Shown: piece by piece, positions 35,496 through 36,934 of the stretch
Numbering within the stretch: position 1 is the first letter of the stretch
Layout: each line of letters starts with the position of its first letter
Origin: Octopus bimaculoides
Lineage: Eukaryota
Direction: 5' to 3'
NCBI RefSeq assembly: GCF_001194135.2
Contig: NC_068987.1
Span: 98,836,525-98,873,458 of the forward strand
DNA length: 36,934 bases
Program-made: the position numbers and the translations under genes
Notes under the pieces: generated by a model
Databases searched by the model: none
Told to the model about the DNA's origin: nothing
What the model saw: the letters and a program-made list of their open reading frames with translations, nothing else

Positions 35496-35899
35496 TGTGT
35501 GAGTATGTGTGTGTGTGTGTGTGTGTGTGTATTGCAAGTCCATGCATAAGCGTACGCGTTCGAGGATAAGACAGGGAGAAGGAGAGAAAGTGAGAAAGAA
35601 CGAAAGAGAGAGACGAAGAGGGATGAAGGGAGAGGGAGAGTATAGGGATATGAGCAAATATAATCTTTATACACACAAACAGAAGCTGATAGATAAATAT
35701 GTAAAAGTATTCACTCACAGATATGAACATACTGACATAGAAATACATCAAATTCAAGCAGAATCTTTCTCGCCTCCATGCGTATATACTTGTATATAAT
35801 TGTGTGTTGTGTGTTTATTTGCGCGTATGTTGCGTGTGACAGAATGAAAGATTTATTTGACTAGATATAAACATTCTCTCACGATCATTTTTACCCTGC

Positions 35900-35973
<74 letters not shown>

Positions 35974-36083
35974 NNNNNNNNNNNNNNNNNNNNNNNNNNN
36001 NNNNNNNNNNNNNNNNNNNNNNNNNNNNNNNNNNNNNNNNNNNNNNNNNNNNNNNNNNNNNNNNNNNNNNNNNNNNNNNNNNN

Positions 36084-36124
<41 letters not shown>

Positions 36125-36580
36125 TCACATATGTAAATATATGTATATATATATACATATATATATATAAATTCACATATATAGATATTTGTATATATAT
36201 TAATATATACGTATATGTATGTACATAAATATATATATGTGTGTGTCTATATATACATATGAATATATGTATGCATATATGTATGTATCTATCTAGATAG
36301 TTAGATAAATAGATAGATACACTGACAGAGAGAAAGAGAGAGATAGCGAGAGATAGAGAGTGAGAGAGGGAGTGAGTGTGATAGAGAGAAAGTGAGAGAG
36401 AGATAAAGATGTGTATATTTGTTTGCAGAGATATATGGAAAGCTACTTGAAATAAATGAATATAAATATACATTAAAATGAAACACTCATTTGCACATGT
36501 ATACATATATCCACACGTGTATGTGTTTTTGTGTGTATGTGTGTGTGCGCGTGTGCATGCGTGTGTCTCAACATGAAAGC
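35000..36580. repeat. Dense microsatellite cluster: (TACA)n, (GT)n, (TA)n, (GA)n, (TAGA)n around two gaps
   Basis: Read directly. Confidence 0.9.
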
Positions 36581-36670
36581 ACATGGCCTAATAGTTAATG
36601 AGCTGGGCTTATCATCATGAATTTCTGGGTTATATTCCTGAAAAAGTTGCCGCACAGAGCATGAATCTAC
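36578..36670 (+). mobile_element. Possible highly decayed tRNA-like SINE head
   Basis: GCACATGGCCTAATAGTTAA...CTGGGTTATATTCCTG resembles the A/B-box layout of the other SINE heads. Confidence 0.35.
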
Positions 36671-36784
36671 TCAACTGAAACTGAGTGGCAGCAGAGCGCT
36701 TGTTAGAACGATTCACTGTTGCAAACACGATATTCCATCGAGTATAGCCTAGCAGATTTGAGGTTCTTGTCGGTATTGTCTCTC

Positions 36785-36811
36785 AATTACACATACACAC
36801 ACATACACACA

Positions 36812-36878
<67 letters not shown>

Positions 36879-36901
36879 GTATCTGTCTCTCTGTCTCTCT
36901 G

Positions 36902-36934
<33 letters not shown>
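36785..36934. repeat. (CA)/(TATC)n/(TA)n/(CT)n terminal microsatellite run
   Basis: Read directly. Confidence 0.95.

Overview
AT-rich, microsatellite-saturated eukaryotic scaffold with nine N-gaps. It is most likely a cephalopod (Octopus-type) genome; this is inferred from the SINE families and simple-repeat density, not from a database search. No protein-coding gene can be named. Nearly all long ORFs in the supplied track are artefacts of di/trinucleotide repeats or N-runs. The supportable content is mostly mobile DNA: about a dozen tRNA-derived SINE copies from at least four families (one full-length with a 12-bp TSD), decayed LINE pieces (CR1-like, RTE-like x2, possibly Tx1-like x2), a small mariner derivative, and a 645-bp foldback/MITE-like element with ~170-bp imperfect TIRs enclosing a (CCCTAA)n telomere-type tract. 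Three observations stand out. (1) The telomere-repeat-carrying inverted-repeat element at 19271-19915. (2) A decayed ORF1-like frame with a Myb-like N-terminus and two CCCH-type zinc fingers, joined almost directly to the C-terminal tail of a CR1-type ORF2 (20026-21770), i.e. a possible 'half-LINE' derivative. (3) A decayed minus-strand tandem-domain coding relic with a 318-bp (106-codon) period and cadherin-like motifs (22830-23330). A phase-compatible chain of small plus-strand candidate exons is reported at low confidence.
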